A stretch of 64,000 nt of DNA from Rhodanobacteraceae bacterium (GCA_036278635.1 DASUKQ010000165.1:4607-68606); one strand, 5' to 3'. Counted from the stretch's first letter, positions 28,116 to 38,498 are shown. The notes: generated from the letters alone by a model not told the origin. Numbers and translations are program-made.

Positions 28116-29321
28116 CTACGCCCGCGCCACCGAATACCGCTTCAACCGGTGCGCGAATTCGATCAGCTTGCGGTTGCCGCTGGCTTCCGCCTCGCGGCAC
28201 CATTGCTGCAATGCGGCCAGCGTGGATTCGGGCTTGCCGCGCTGTTCCATCAGCGCCGCAAGGCGCGCGCGATATTCCGCGATTTGCTTCAGGCGCGGGC
28301 GGTTCTCGACGACCGCCGCAAGGCGTGCCTTGCCGTTCTTGTCCAGCCAGCGGCCGCCATTGGCCAGGGCGCGGCGCAGTCGGCGACGGGGCATCGCGCC
28401 GAAACGGCGGGTGCCCTCGGCGGTCGATTGTTCGCGCACGGTCGGCTTGATGACCGTCTTGTAGTAGTCGGTCATGGCCTCGAAGCGATGCGTCAGCAAC
28501 GCCTTCAGGGTGTCCATGTCGGGCAGCGACACGTTCGGGCGCACGTCCAGCGCCGGTGCCACCCGCAGCACCTTGGCCATACGAAGCTTTTCCAGTCCGC
28601 GGATCACCAGCCAGCCGATGTCAACCTCGAACTTGCGCAGCGCGAACTTCGCGGAACTCGGGAAGGCGTGGTGATTATTGTGCAGTTCCTCGCCGCCGAC
28701 CCACACGCCCCACGGCGTGAGGTTCGTGGCCTTGTCGGCGGTTTCGAAGTTGCGATACCCCCACCAGTGCCCCAGGCCGTTGACGACGCCCGCGGCCCAG
28801 AACGGGATCCACGCCATCTGCAGCGCCCAGATCGCGCCCCCGATGACGCCGAACAGTGCGATGTCGATCACCGCCAGCAAAGTGATGCCGAGATACGGAT
28901 GCGGTGTATAGAGGTGCCGTTCGATCCAGTCGTCGGGCGTGCCACGACCATACTTCTGGAGATCGGCTTCGTTGGCCGCAGCGTCGCGGTACAGCTCGGC
29001 ACCCTCGAAGAACACCTTGCCGATGCCGGCGATCTGCGGGCTGTGGGGATCCTGCTCGGTCTCGCAATGTGCGTGGTGCTTGCGGTGCACCGCGACCCAT
29101 TCCCTGGTCACCATGCCCGTGCCCAGCCAGTTCCAGAAGCGCAGGAAATGCGACACGACGGGATGGAAATCGACGCCGCGGTGGGCCTGGCTGCGATGCA
29201 GGAACAAGGTGACGGCAAAAATGGTGAGCTGGGTCGTGACCAGCAGGTACAGCAGCATCGTGAGCCAGCCAGCGTTCGCCAGGCCGTTCGAGGCGAAATT
29301 CAGGAAGGTGTCGAGCATCAT
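28116..29321 (-). CDS. acyl-CoA (delta-9-type) fatty acid desaturase
   Basis: Three histidine boxes: HRSQAHRG, HRKHHAHCETEQDPHSP and HNNHHAFPSSA. Four N-terminal TM segments. Confidence 0.9.
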   Translation of the reverse strand: MMLDTFLNFASNGLANAGWLTMLLYLLVTTQLTIFAVTLFLHRSQAHRGVDFHPVVSHFLRFWNWLGTGMVTREWVAVHRKHHAHCETEQDPHSPQIAGIGKVFFEGAELYRDAAANEADLQKYGRGTPDDWIERHLYTPHPYLGITLLAVIDIALFGVIGGAIWALQMAWIPFWAAGVVNGLGHWWGYRNFETADKATNLTPWGVWVGGEELHNNHHAFPSSAKFALRKFEVDIGWLVIRGLEKLRMAKVLRVAPALDVRPNVSLPDMDTLKALLTHRFEAMTDYYKTVIKPTVREQSTAEGTRRFGAMPRRRLRRALANGGRWLDKNGKARLAAVVENRPRLKQIAEYRARLAALMEQRGKPESTLAALQQWCREAEASGNRKLIEFAHRLKRYSVARA

Positions 29322-29499
29322 GATCTCAGGGAGGGGATGGACGGGTCGGTTCGGTTCAAACCCGCAATGGCCAGTCTAGGGGATAAAACCCCCACCTGCC
29401 ACAGGCTTGCCTAAACAATGTGATGGCCGCGACAATTCTTTCAATGGGCCGGGCCTTCGACGGGCGTGGCGTTCAGCTAACCAGGGCCGTTGACGCCAA

Positions 29500-30234
29500 A
29501 TGACCGCAACCCCGGCATTGCTGCAACTCGACCGCGTCAGCCGCCGGCTGGGCGGGCGTGAAGTACTTCGGGACGTGTCGTTCGTCCTGCAGTGTGGCGA
29601 GGTGCTGGGCCTGCTGGGCGTGAACGGCGCCGGGAAGTCGACGACGCTCGCGATCATCGCCGGGGTGCTGGTCCACGATTCCGGCAGTGTGCTGATCGAC
29701 GGACGCAGCGTGGCCGACGACCCCCGCCCGTTCAGCCATCGCATGGGCTGGGTTCCCGAAAGCGTGCCGCTGTGGCCGGAACTGACCGTCACCGAGGCGC
29801 TGGATGCTTCCGGACGGTTGCGCGGGCTTTCGCGCAGCCTGCGCCGGAGTGCGATCGAACGCGAATTGGCACGACTTGGACTGGAAAGCGTCGCAACACG
29901 GCTGTGCGGACAATTGTCCCTGGGTCTGAAGCGTCGCGTGGGCCTGGCCCAGGCACTGCTGCACGATCCCGACCTGCTGGTGCTGGATGAACCGGGCAAC
30001 GGCCTCGACCCGGTGCAGACCGCGCAACTGCGCGAGCTGATCGGCAAACTTTCGCCCGGGCGCGGGATCATCCTGTCCAGCCACGAGTTGCCCGAGGTGG
30101 AAGCCATGTGCGGCCGGGTGGTGATCCTGCACGACGGCGTGGTGCGCCACGATGCGAAACTCGACGGCCAGCGCGGACGACTGGACGCGCAATTTCGGGC
30201 GATCGGCTGTCCGCCCGCAAGCGCCGCCGCATGA
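29500..30234 (+). CDS. ABC transporter ATP-binding protein (ABC-2 type)
   Basis: Walker A GVNGAGKST, signature LSLGLKRR, Walker B LLVLDEP. Confidence 0.9.
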   Translation: MTATPALLQLDRVSRRLGGREVLRDVSFVLQCGEVLGLLGVNGAGKSTTLAIIAGVLVHDSGSVLIDGRSVADDPRPFSHRMGWVPESVPLWPELTVTEALDASGRLRGLSRSLRRSAIERELARLGLESVATRLCGQLSLGLKRRVGLAQALLHDPDLLVLDEPGNGLDPVQTAQLRELIGKLSPGRGIILSSHELPEVEAMCGRVVILHDGVVRHDAKLDGQRGRLDAQFRAIGCPPASAAA

Positions 30235-30986
30235 AGGCGTTGGCGATCGCACGCCTCGACCTGCATCGCCTTGCGGTGCGGCCGTTCGCGTGGACGCTGG
30301 CAGGGATCGCGCTGGCGATGATGGCGTGGCAATTCCTGCTGGGGCTGTCTGCGTTCATGCACGCGCAGCCGACCGTCCCCGGCGCTGTCGGCACGCTCGG
30401 CTTCACCGACAGCGTGGTCGGGCCGTATCTGCTGAATTACCTGCAACTGTGCCTGGTGATCGTTCCGCTGGTCACGATGCAGGCGCTGGCAGGCGAACGC
30501 GGCGCACAACGCCTCGCGCTGCTCGGCGCGACCGGTGCCTCGGGGGTCCAGATCGTCGTCGGCAAGTTTCTCGCGCGACTGGTGTTCCTGTGGCTGCTGC
30601 TGATCCTCGTCGCCAGCATGCCGCTGGTGCTCAGCGGCGCGACCCAGCTCGACTGGGGCCAGCTCGGCGCGGCCTTGATCGCATCGGCCTTGTGCGTCGC
30701 GGCATTGACCGCGATCGGCATCGCCTGCTCGGCGTTCGCCCGTGAACCCGCCCTGGCCGCGGCTGCCGCGCTGCTGATCGGTGAAGGGCTGTCGCTGATC
30801 GACGCCGGTGTGCGCATGACCGGCGCCGGCACGGGCTGGCTGGGTTACCTCGCGCTGCACACCCACCTTGCGCCAGCGCTGCGCGGGCTGATGCGCAGCG
30901 GGGACATCGTCTATTTCCTGTTGATCACCGCGCTGGCGTTGGCGCTCGCGGTTCGCCGCATCGGCGCGGAACGGGGGTACGGCTGA
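30231..30986 (+). CDS. ABC-2 family permease
   Basis: ATGA overlap with the ATPase stop. Six hydrophobic segments. Confidence 0.8.
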   Translation: MKALAIARLDLHRLAVRPFAWTLAGIALAMMAWQFLLGLSAFMHAQPTVPGAVGTLGFTDSVVGPYLLNYLQLCLVIVPLVTMQALAGERGAQRLALLGATGASGVQIVVGKFLARLVFLWLLLILVASMPLVLSGATQLDWGQLGAALIASALCVAALTAIGIACSAFAREPALAAAAALLIGEGLSLIDAGVRMTGAGTGWLGYLALHTHLAPALRGLMRSGDIVYFLLITALALALAVRRIGAERGYG

Positions 30987-32317
30987 TGCGTGCCGGGTGG
31001 CAGGCCTGGACGCACGCACTGCTGGTGGTGGTGATCGCGGTGTGCATTGCCGCATTGTCTGCACGTTTCGGATTCACCGCCGACTGGAGTGCCGGGGCGC
31101 GCGCAACCATCACGTCGCAGAGCCGGGCGTTGCTCGCGCAAGTGAAGGGACCACTCGAGGCGGTGGGCTACGCGCGGCCGGGCACGCTGCGCGCGAAGAC
31201 CCGCCTGCTGGTCTCGCGCTACCAGCGCTTCAAGCCCGACCTCGCGCTGAAGTTCGTCGATCCCGACCTCGACCCGATCGCGACCCAGGACGCCGACATT
31301 ACGACCGATGGCGAGATCGTGTTGCACTGGCACGGTCGCACCGAGCACGTCACGCAACTCGACGAGCCCGATTTCTCGGACGCGCTGGCACGCCTTGCGC
31401 GTGGCGGCACCCGGTTGGTTGCCTTCGTCACCGGCGACGGCGAACGCGACGCCACCGGCATGCACGCGGCCGACCTCGGTGAGTTCGTGGCGCGGATGAC
31501 AAGTCGCGGCGTGCGCGCGCTCCCGCTGAACCTCGCCGAAGCCGCGCAGGTGCCCCGCAACGCCGATCTCGTGGTATTGGCGAGCCCGCAGGCGGCGTTG
31601 CTGCCGGGCTCGGCGAGGAAACTCGAGGACTACGTTGCCGACGGCGGCAATCTCCTGTGGCTGACGGAGCCCGGCGCCGACGACCTCGGCCTGGCGCCGC
31701 TGGCGCAAATGCTGGGGATCAAGCGCCTGCCCGGCACGTTGATCGACACGCAGGGCGCTGCGGCCGGCGGGCGCGACCCACGCATCATCGTCGCGACCCG
31801 GTACCCGGCACAGACGATCACCGATGGTTTCCAGGTGAATACCCTTTTCCCGCGCGCGGCGGTGCTGGCGTCGCTGACCGGCGCCGAATGGAACGTGCAC
31901 CCGATCCTGCAATCGAGCGCGCAAAGCTGGAACCGAACCGCGCCCGTGGACTCCGCGCATCCCGCGTCCGGCCCGGGCGCGGGCGACCTGAAAGGCCCTC
32001 TCGGCTTCGGCTACGCGTTGAGCCGGTTGTCACCCACTCCCGCCAAAACCCGGCAACGCGTCGTCGTGATCGGCGATGGCGACTTTCTTTCAAACGCGTA
32101 CCTCGCCGACGCCGGCAACCTTGCGTTCGGCGAGCGCATCGTCGACTGGCTGCTCGGTGACGATGCATTGGCGAGCGTGCCGCAACCCCTGCCCGATCGT
32201 ACGCTCAAACCGACCCGCGCCGAACTCGGCGTGGTTACGTTCGGATACCTGATCGCGCTGCCGATCGTGCTGATCCTGATCGGTCTTGCGATCACCTGGC
32301 GCCGGCGTCGGCGGTGA
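30986..32317 (+). CDS. GldG-like ABC-transporter auxiliary protein
   Basis: TGATG overlap with the permease. N- and C-terminal TM anchors, with ...RFKPDLALKFVDPDLDP...GEIVLHWHGRTEHV...VAFVTGDGE... typical of GldG/ABC-type uncharacterised transport system proteins. Confidence 0.8.
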   Translation: MRAGWQAWTHALLVVVIAVCIAALSARFGFTADWSAGARATITSQSRALLAQVKGPLEAVGYARPGTLRAKTRLLVSRYQRFKPDLALKFVDPDLDPIATQDADITTDGEIVLHWHGRTEHVTQLDEPDFSDALARLARGGTRLVAFVTGDGERDATGMHAADLGEFVARMTSRGVRALPLNLAEAAQVPRNADLVVLASPQAALLPGSARKLEDYVADGGNLLWLTEPGADDLGLAPLAQMLGIKRLPGTLIDTQGAAAGGRDPRIIVATRYPAQTITDGFQVNTLFPRAAVLASLTGAEWNVHPILQSSAQSWNRTAPVDSAHPASGPGAGDLKGPLGFGYALSRLSPTPAKTRQRVVVIGDGDFLSNAYLADAGNLAFGERIVDWLLGDDALASVPQPLPDRTLKPTRAELGVVTFGYLIALPIVLILIGLAITWRRRRR

Positions 32318-32802
32318 CCCGCGCAACCCGCAACCTCGGAATCCTCGCGCTGATCGCCGTGACGCTGGTCGCGACCGTGTTGTGGCAGGGGCGGCGCGCC
32401 TACGTGGCCAATCCGCCGGCGTTGACCGGACTTGCTCCGGACGCGGTGACGCGTGTCGGGCTCGATATTCCGCCGCTCGCGCCACACACTTTCGAGAAGC
32501 GCCATGGCGGCTGGTGGAGTGCGCAGCCTTCGAACGCGCGCGCCGACGACACCCGGGTGCAGCGCCTCGCCGATCTCGCCGCGACGCCGGTCGCGCGCTG
32601 GATCCCGGCCGCGGCGATCACGCCCGCCAAGGTCGGCCTGGCGCATCCATCGGCGACCCTGACCCTCGACGGCACGCGCCTCGAATACGGGGGCCTCACC
32701 GTGCTCGACGACCTGCGTTACGTGAAGGTCGGCGACAAAGTGGCCCTGGTGCCGCGACAATACAGTCCCGAAGTGATGTTGGCCAGGAACGGCAAAGGAT
32801 GA
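32314..32802 (+). CDS. DUF4340-like protein
   Basis: GTGA overlap with the GldG-like gene. N-terminal anchor LGILALIAVTLVATVLW. This position is usual for DUF4340 after GldG. Confidence 0.65.
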   Translation: MTRATRNLGILALIAVTLVATVLWQGRRAYVANPPALTGLAPDAVTRVGLDIPPLAPHTFEKRHGGWWSAQPSNARADDTRVQRLADLAATPVARWIPAAAITPAKVGLAHPSATLTLDGTRLEYGGLTVLDDLRYVKVGDKVALVPRQYSPEVMLARNGKG

Positions 32803-32922
32803 AGTCGCAGGCCTGCGGCCCGCCATGAAGCGCGAAACCGGTTCGGCTTCCGGTCCGCACGATGCCCGCTTTACTCTTTGCAGCGCCGCATTGCGTCGCG
32901 ACCTTGCCGTTAACTCATTCTC

Positions 32923-33735
32923 ATGCCCGAACTCCCGGAAGTCGAAACCACCCGGCGCGGCATCGCACCGTTCGTGACCGGACGCGTGGTCGAACGCGTG
33001 CTGCTGCGCCGGCGCGACCTGCGCTGGCCGATTCCGCGCGCCGTCGCTGCGAAGTTGCCGGGCCAGCGCATCGAGGCGGTGGAACGCCGCGCCAAGTATC
33101 TGCTGCTGCACACGCAGGCCGGCAGCGCATTGCTCCACCTCGGGATGTCGGGCTCGCTGCGGCTCACCGATCCCGCACTGCCGCCGCGCAAACACGACCA
33201 TTACGATCTGGTGTTCGACTCGGGCAAGGCACTGCGTTTCAACGATCCGCGCCGCTTCGGCTGCCTGCTGTGGCAGAAGCCCGGCGAAATCCATCCCTTG
33301 CTGCGCGGACTGGGTCCGGAGCCGCTGGCCGACGCGTTCGACGGCGACTGGTTGTGGGCGCGTTCACGAGGGCGCAGCGCAGCGGTGAAGACTTTCCTGA
33401 TGGACCAGGCCACCGTGGTCGGCGTCGGCAACATCTACGCCAGCGAAGCGTTGTTCGCTGCGCGCGTGCATCCCAGGCGCGCCGCGGGTGCGGTATCGCG
33501 CGCGCGTTACGCACGCATCGCGGGCGAAATCCGGCGGGTCTTCGAGTACGCCATCACCCGGGGCGGCACGTCGCTGCGCGATTACCTCGCACCCGACGGC
33601 GCGCCCGGCTACTTCGAACGGGAACTCGTCGTGTATGGCCGCGCGGGCGAACCGTGCAAGGTGTGCGACACGCCGATCCGCGCGGCGGTGATCGGCCAAC
33701 GGATGAGCTATTGGTGCCCGCACTGCCAGCATTGA
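32923..33735 (+). CDS. mutM: formamidopyrimidine-DNA glycosylase
   Basis: [14 protein letters not shown]...; C-terminal zinc finger [25 protein letters not shown]. Confidence 0.93.
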   Translation: MPELPEVETTRRGIAPFVTGRVVERVLLRRRDLRWPIPRAVAAKLPGQRIEAVERRAKYLLLHTQAGSALLHLGMSGSLRLTDPALPPRKHDHYDLVFDSGKALRFNDPRRFGCLLWQKPGEIHPLLRGLGPEPLADAFDGDWLWARSRGRSAAVKTFLMDQATVVGVGNIYASEALFAARVHPRRAAGAVSRARYARIAGEIRRVFEYAITRGGTSLRDYLAPDGAPGYFERELVVYGRAGEPCKVCDTPIRAAVIGQRMSYWCPHCQH

Positions 33736-33806
33736 TGTGCGATCGTCCGTGATCGCGTCGTTACCGAACGATGGTGCGCACACTGGCATCACCGCATTTC
33801 AGACAC

Positions 33807-33885
33807 CAGAACGGCCATCAGAGCCGCCGTCCATGGCCAAGAGCTCCCTGGCCTGACTTCTCACAACAGCCGCTCCGCTCGGAGA
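33807..33885 (+). repeat. REP copy (full length) of the CAGAACGGCCATC...CCTGACTTCTCACAACAGCCGCTCCG family
   Basis: Aligns with 5604-5660 (reverse complement), 61087-61132, 34427-34472 (reverse complement) and 24199-24233. Confidence 0.8.
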
Positions 33886-34042
33886 TCCTGATGTCCGATA
33901 GAGCAGCAACGGCGCACAACCAATGACGATCGCACGCTCTTCCGAAAAGTCAGGCCATGGATGGCCGTTGTGGTGCTGCAAGCTTTCCAGTCCAGTCCAC
34001 TCGAAACAGCTTCCCGGAAACCGCAGTCAGGGATGAGCGCAC

Positions 34043-34417
<375 letters not shown>

Positions 34418-34426
34418 TCACCCCAT

Positions 34427-34472
34427 CCGAAGCGGCTGTTGTGAGAAGTCAGGCCATGGATGGCCGTTCCGG
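34427..34472 (-). repeat. REP copy (inverted) of the CTGACTTCTCACAACAGCCGCTTCG family
   Basis: tccgaagcggctgttgtgagaagtcaggccatggatggccgttccgg. Confidence 0.8.
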
Positions 34473-34639
34473 ACTTTCAAGCTGCCAAGCGCCGTCGTCT
34501 GCGCCATGGTTGAACGAAGCTGCGGTCATGGATGACCGCATAACTTTTTTGTAGGAAAATCCCTACACCACAACAAGGCATCCGCCGATGGTCGCGCCAA
34601 TCCCGGCGGCGTAACCTGCGGATGCATCGAGGCAACGAC

Positions 34640-34888
34640 ATGATTGACGTGCACTCCATAGACCAACTCGCGCACCGGCTGGCTACCCTGGTTCCTCCGG
34701 GACTGGCGCAGGCGCGGGACGACATGGAAGCCAATTTTCGGGATGTGCTGGCGCATGGATTGCGCCGCCTCGATCTTGTCACCCGCGAGGAATTCGACGC
34801 CCAGCGCGCCGTCCTCGACCGGGCCCGCGAACAGGTTGCGCAATTGGAAGCGCGCGTGGTCGAACTGGAAGCTGCGCGCAAGGCATAG
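34640..34888 (+). CDS. ubiK: ubiquinone biosynthesis accessory factor UbiK (YqiC/BMFP family)
   Basis: MIDVHSIDQLAHRL...RLDLVTREEFDAQRAVLDRAREQVAQLEARVVELE is colinear with E. coli UbiK. Confidence 0.8.
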   Translation: MIDVHSIDQLAHRLATLVPPGLAQARDDMEANFRDVLAHGLRRLDLVTREEFDAQRAVLDRAREQVAQLEARVVELEAARKA

Positions 34889-35117
34889 GGACCGCCCATC
34901 TCGCCAGGGGTGACGACGACGCTGGCCTCCTGGCCGGCGTTTTCGTCCGTGGATTCAGGGGGGAGAGCGGGTTGGAAACCATCGCGCGCGAAGGTCCCAT
35001 TCGCGACCGCTGTTGCGGGAAGTCGGGCCAGGGACGGTCGTTCTGGCCTCTTCGCCCCGCCGGCGGCCCCCTTCGCCACACGTTCCCACGCGCAGCAATC
35101 ATGGACGATCGCACGAC

Positions 35118-36626
35118 ATGAGCCTCGCCGTCGCACTGACCCGCGCTTCCGAAGGCGTGGTCGCGCCGCTGGTGACGGTGGAAGTGCATCTGTCCGGCGG
35201 CCTGCCCGGCACTTCGATCGTCGGCCTGCCGGAAGCCGCCGTGCGCGAGGCGCGCGATCGCGTACGGGTCGCAATCCAGAATACGCGATTCGAGTATCCC
35301 AACCGGCGCGTCACGGTGAACCTCGCGCCGGCCGAACTGCCCAAGGATGGCGGGCGCTTCGACCTCGCGATCGCGCTCGGCATCCTCGCGGCCGGCGGGC
35401 AGGTGCCGCGCGAGGCATTGAAGGGTTGCGAGTTCCTCGGCGAGCTGGCGCTGTCCGGCGAACTGCGCCCGGTACCGGGTGTGTTGCCCGCCCTGTTGCG
35501 CGCGCGCCACGGCAAACGTTGCGTGATCGTTCCCGCCGGGAATGCGCACGAAGCCTCGCTGCTCGCCGACGTGGACGTGCGGGTCGCCCGCACGCTGGCC
35601 GATGTCTGCGCGCACCTGCGTGGCGTCGACGCCCTGCCTGCACCCACCACCGACAAGCCCGACAGCGCTGTCGCCTATCCCGATCTCGCCGACGTGCGCG
35701 GGCAACGCCAGGCGCGACGCGCGCTCGAAATCGCCGCCGTGGGAGGGCATCACCTCTTGATGGTGGGCCCGCCCGGCACCGGCAAGTCGATGCTGGCGGC
35801 GCGTCTGCCGGGCATCCTGCCACCCATGACCGAAGCCGAAGCCATCGAGGCGTGCGCGGTGCGGTCGGTCGCGGGCGTGCCGGTCGACGCCATCGGCTGG
35901 CGGCAACGGCCTTATCGCGCGCCGCACCACACCGCCTCGGGTGTCGCACTGGTTGGCGGCGGCTCGCACCCGCGCCCCGGCGAGATCTCGCTCGCCCACA
36001 ACGGCGTGCTGTTCCTCGACGAGCTGCCCGAATTCGACCGACGCGTACTCGAGGTGCTGCGCGAACCGCTGGAATCGGGCCGCATCGTGATTTCGCGCGC
36101 GGCGCACCAGGCCGAATTCCCCGCGCGCTTTCAACTGGTAGCGGCGATGAACCCCTGCCCCTGCGGCTACGCCGGCGACCCCGATGGCCGCTGCCGTTGC
36201 ACGCCGGATCAGATCGCGCGTTATCGCGGGCGGATTTCCGGACCCCTGCTGGACCGGATCGACATCATGGTCGACGTGCCGCGCATGTCGCTGGTCGAAC
36301 TGGACGTCGCGCGAAATCCACACGATGAGGATTCCGCGGCGGTGCACGCTCGCGTCACCGTCGCGCACGAGCGTGCCCTGCAGCGGGCCGGCAAACCCAA
36401 TGCGGCGCTGGGCACCCGCGAACTCGAGCGCGATTGCGCACTGGGTGACGCCGAGCGCGTGCTGCTGCAACGCGCGATGGACAAACTGGGCATGTCCGCG
36501 CGTGCCTGGCACCGCGTGCTGCGTGTGGCACGCACCATCGCCGATCTCGCCGGCGACGAGCACATCGCACGCGAACACCTCGCTGAAGCGGTGCAGTACC
36601 GCCGCTGCACTCGCGACACGGCCTAG
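35118..36626 (+). CDS. comM: YifB/ComM family Mg-chelatase-like AAA+ protein
   Basis: VTVEVHLSGGLPGTSIVGLPEAAVREARDRVR...LLMVGPPGTGKSMLA...GVLFLDELPEF...MNPCPCGY... Start set at the ATG at 35118. Confidence 0.9.
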   Translation: MSLAVALTRASEGVVAPLVTVEVHLSGGLPGTSIVGLPEAAVREARDRVRVAIQNTRFEYPNRRVTVNLAPAELPKDGGRFDLAIALGILAAGGQVPREALKGCEFLGELALSGELRPVPGVLPALLRARHGKRCVIVPAGNAHEASLLADVDVRVARTLADVCAHLRGVDALPAPTTDKPDSAVAYPDLADVRGQRQARRALEIAAVGGHHLLMVGPPGTGKSMLAARLPGILPPMTEAEAIEACAVRSVAGVPVDAIGWRQRPYRAPHHTASGVALVGGGSHPRPGEISLAHNGVLFLDELPEFDRRVLEVLREPLESGRIVISRAAHQAEFPARFQLVAAMNPCPCGYAGDPDGRCRCTPDQIARYRGRISGPLLDRIDIMVDVPRMSLVELDVARNPHDEDSAAVHARVTVAHERALQRAGKPNAALGTRELERDCALGDAERVLLQRAMDKLGMSARAWHRVLRVARTIADLAGDEHIAREHLAEAVQYRRCTRDTA

Positions 36627-36631
36627 AGTCG

Positions 36632-36781
36632 CTGGGTCCCGGCTTGCGCCGGGATGACGGCAATTTGACCGCTCGTACGTGATGACACGATTTTACGAAT
36701 CGTGCAGGGATGAAAGAGCTTCGCGAGCTTGCCGCGGAACGACATAAACACTTCGTCATCCCGGCGCAAGCCGGGACCCAG
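36632..36781. repeat. inverted pair of CTGGGTCCCGG-hairpin-CCGGGATGACG ('VIPAQAGIQ'-type) elements upstream of the GIY-YIG gene
   Basis: 36632-36660 ctgggtcccggcttgcgccgggatgacgg and 36754-36781 cgtcatcccggcgcaagccgggacccag are reverse complements of each other. Confidence 0.85.
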
Positions 36782-36805
36782 TGTCTTCATTCGGGAATCG
36801 TTCCC

Positions 36806-37093
36806 ATGCAACCCTGCGCCTACATGCTCGCCAGTCGCCGCAACGGCACGCTGTACGTCGGAGTAACGTCCGATCTGCTCAAACGCGTGCACGAGCACAA
36901 GAGCGGCGCCATCAGCGGATTCACGCGCCGCTACCACGTCCATCAACTGGTCTGGTTTGAAGAACACGCGACCATGGAATCCGCAATTGCACGCGAGAAG
37001 GCCATCAAGGAATGGAAACGCAAGTGGAAGCTCGAATTGATCGAAAAGCAAAACCCGTACTGGCACGATCTGTACGGCGCGCTGTTTGATTGA
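36806..37093 (+). CDS. GIY-YIG nuclease-family protein (UPF0213-like)
   Basis: CAYMLASRRNGTLYVGVTSDLLKRVHEHKSG...VWFEEHATMESAIAREKAIKEWKRKWKLELI carries the GIY...YVG motif, the conserved Arg and the Glu. Confidence 0.85.
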   Translation: MQPCAYMLASRRNGTLYVGVTSDLLKRVHEHKSGAISGFTRRYHVHQLVWFEEHATMESAIAREKAIKEWKRKWKLELIEKQNPYWHDLYGALFD

Positions 37094-37129
37094 GGCCTCG
37101 CTCAATCTTCCAGACGCAGAGGGGGAAGT

Positions 37130-37272
37130 CACTGGCTTCCGGATCGCGACTGCGTCGCGTCCGGAATGACGACAATTCGGCAATTGACGCAAACCTTGCG
37201 GTCCGACTTTGTGCGCGGGCAATAAGGCACTCGTCACTCCGGGCGTCGCAAAGCGACGATCCGGAACCCAGC
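37130..37272. repeat. second inverted pair of the same REP class downstream of the GIY-YIG gene
   Basis: 37130-37172 actggcttccggatcgcgactgcgtcgcgtccggaatgacgac and 37230-37272 ctcgtcactccgggcgtcgcaaagcgacgatccggaacccagc. Confidence 0.75.
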
Positions 37273-37313
37273 AGCCCTGGATTTGGAAAGAACCGGGGCA
37301 ATGCAGAAAGAGG

Positions 37314-38498
37314 TCAAGCGTCAGCCCACACCTTGTGCGCGGGATCGAACTCGACAGTGACGCGCTCTTTGGCACGCGCGCCGAAACCGCACACGCACAA
37401 CGGGCCTTCGGCCATCGGCTCAAGGCCGAACGCCTGCTCGATCTCGACCTCGTTGATCGCGGCGGTGATGAAGGCGCCGAGGTTCATCTCGGTGGCGGTG
37501 AGGTAGAGGTTCTGCGAGATGTGGCCCATCTCCAGCAGGATCGCGCGGTAGATCTTGGGATGGTTGCGGTACTTCCACATCGAACGTGCGAAGCGCGCGG
37601 CCATCACCAGCAGCACCGGCGCATCGGCAAAATAGTCCTGGCCTGCCACCGCCGTCATCGCGAACGCGCGCGCATCGTCGGGCGACAGCGCGCGCAACAA
37701 ATCCAGTGCGTGCGCTTCGACGGTGTAGTGGTACAGCCCCGGCGCCAGGCCTTCCGCCAGCTGCACGACCAGATACGCCTCGGTGGGATGCAGCCCGCCA
37801 CCGGAGGGATGGTTCTTCTTGAGCGCGACCGCGCCGGGTGCAAGTTCTTCCATTCCGCGCACGCCGAACACGCGTTTCAGCAGGGCCGACAACTGCGCCG
37901 CGGAGACCGATTGCGCCAGATCGAAATTGCGGCAGGTCGCGCGGCGTTCCAGCAGATCATCCAGCGGGGTGCGTGCAGGTTCGTCCAGCGCCACGCGCGC
38001 AACAGCGTCCGCACGCCGGTGGAAATGCGGCGGCGGCGGGCCGAACGCCGCGACCATGTCGTCCACCGATTGCGGGCGCGATTCGCGCTGCGTTGCGGTG
38101 CTGTCGTCGTGCGACCAGCGCGAGAAGGCGTGCATCACGGCGCAATCGTCCTGCCAAGCCGCCTCGCGCAGCTGTCGATCGCGTCGTGTGCGCGGGGAGT
38201 CGTCTTCTTCAGCCAGCAGCAGCCCGTTCGCCAGCAGGCGATTGATGGCGGTTTCGCCCCACGCGCCACAGGCCTTCTCCCGCCGCACCCAATCGTCGGC
38301 GCTGACATGAACCAGGACCTGCATCTCCGCGTCATCTATTTCGACCGGATGATCAAGATGCGCCGCAAGAACTTCGACCACGACTTCGCGACCAACCGCT
38401 TCATCCCCAGCAAGCAACGCGGAGAAATCAACCGTCGCGTGTTCCGTCGTTCGAAACCGCAGCGACTGACAGCGACGCAGCCTTGAACCATTCTCCAC
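37314..38498 (-). CDS. SagB-type (nitroreductase-fold, FMN) dehydrogenase; putative peptide-maturation dehydrogenase
   Basis: The C-terminal ~220 aa has nitroreductase/SagB signatures (RRATCRNF, KKNHPSGGGLHPTEAYLVV, GQDYFADAPVLLVMAARFARSMWKYRNHPKIYRAILLEMGHISQNLYL, LGAFITAAINE). The N-terminal ~170 aa is unassigned. I prefer the GTG at 38498, which has CAGGGG 7 nt upstream and leaves a 100-bp divergent spacer. The ORF stays open to the ATG at 38576. Confidence 0.8.
   Translation of the reverse strand: MENGSRLRRCQSLRFRTTEHATVDFSALLAGDEAVGREVVVEVLAAHLDHPVEIDDAEMQVLVHVSADDWVRREKACGAWGETAINRLLANGLLLAEEDDSPRTRRDRQLREAAWQDDCAVMHAFSRWSHDDSTATQRESRPQSVDDMVAAFGPPPPHFHRRADAVARVALDEPARTPLDDLLERRATCRNFDLAQSVSAAQLSALLKRVFGVRGMEELAPGAVALKKNHPSGGGLHPTEAYLVVQLAEGLAPGLYHYTVEAHALDLLRALSPDDARAFAMTAVAGQDYFADAPVLLVMAARFARSMWKYRNHPKIYRAILLEMGHISQNLYLTATEMNLGAFITAAINEVEIEQAFGLEPMAEGPLCVCGFGARAKERVTVEFDPAHKVWADA

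Noticed and set aside
29376-33294. Minus-strand ORFs of 562, 349 and 427 aa.
   Set aside because: Antisense to the ABC/GldG/DUF4340/mutM genes. Arg/Pro/Gly-rich with no motifs.
34779-36578. 599-aa minus ORF and 472-aa + ORF (34910..36328).
   Set aside because: Shadow frames of comM. The comM frame carries the Walker A/B motifs and the MNPCPCGY motif.
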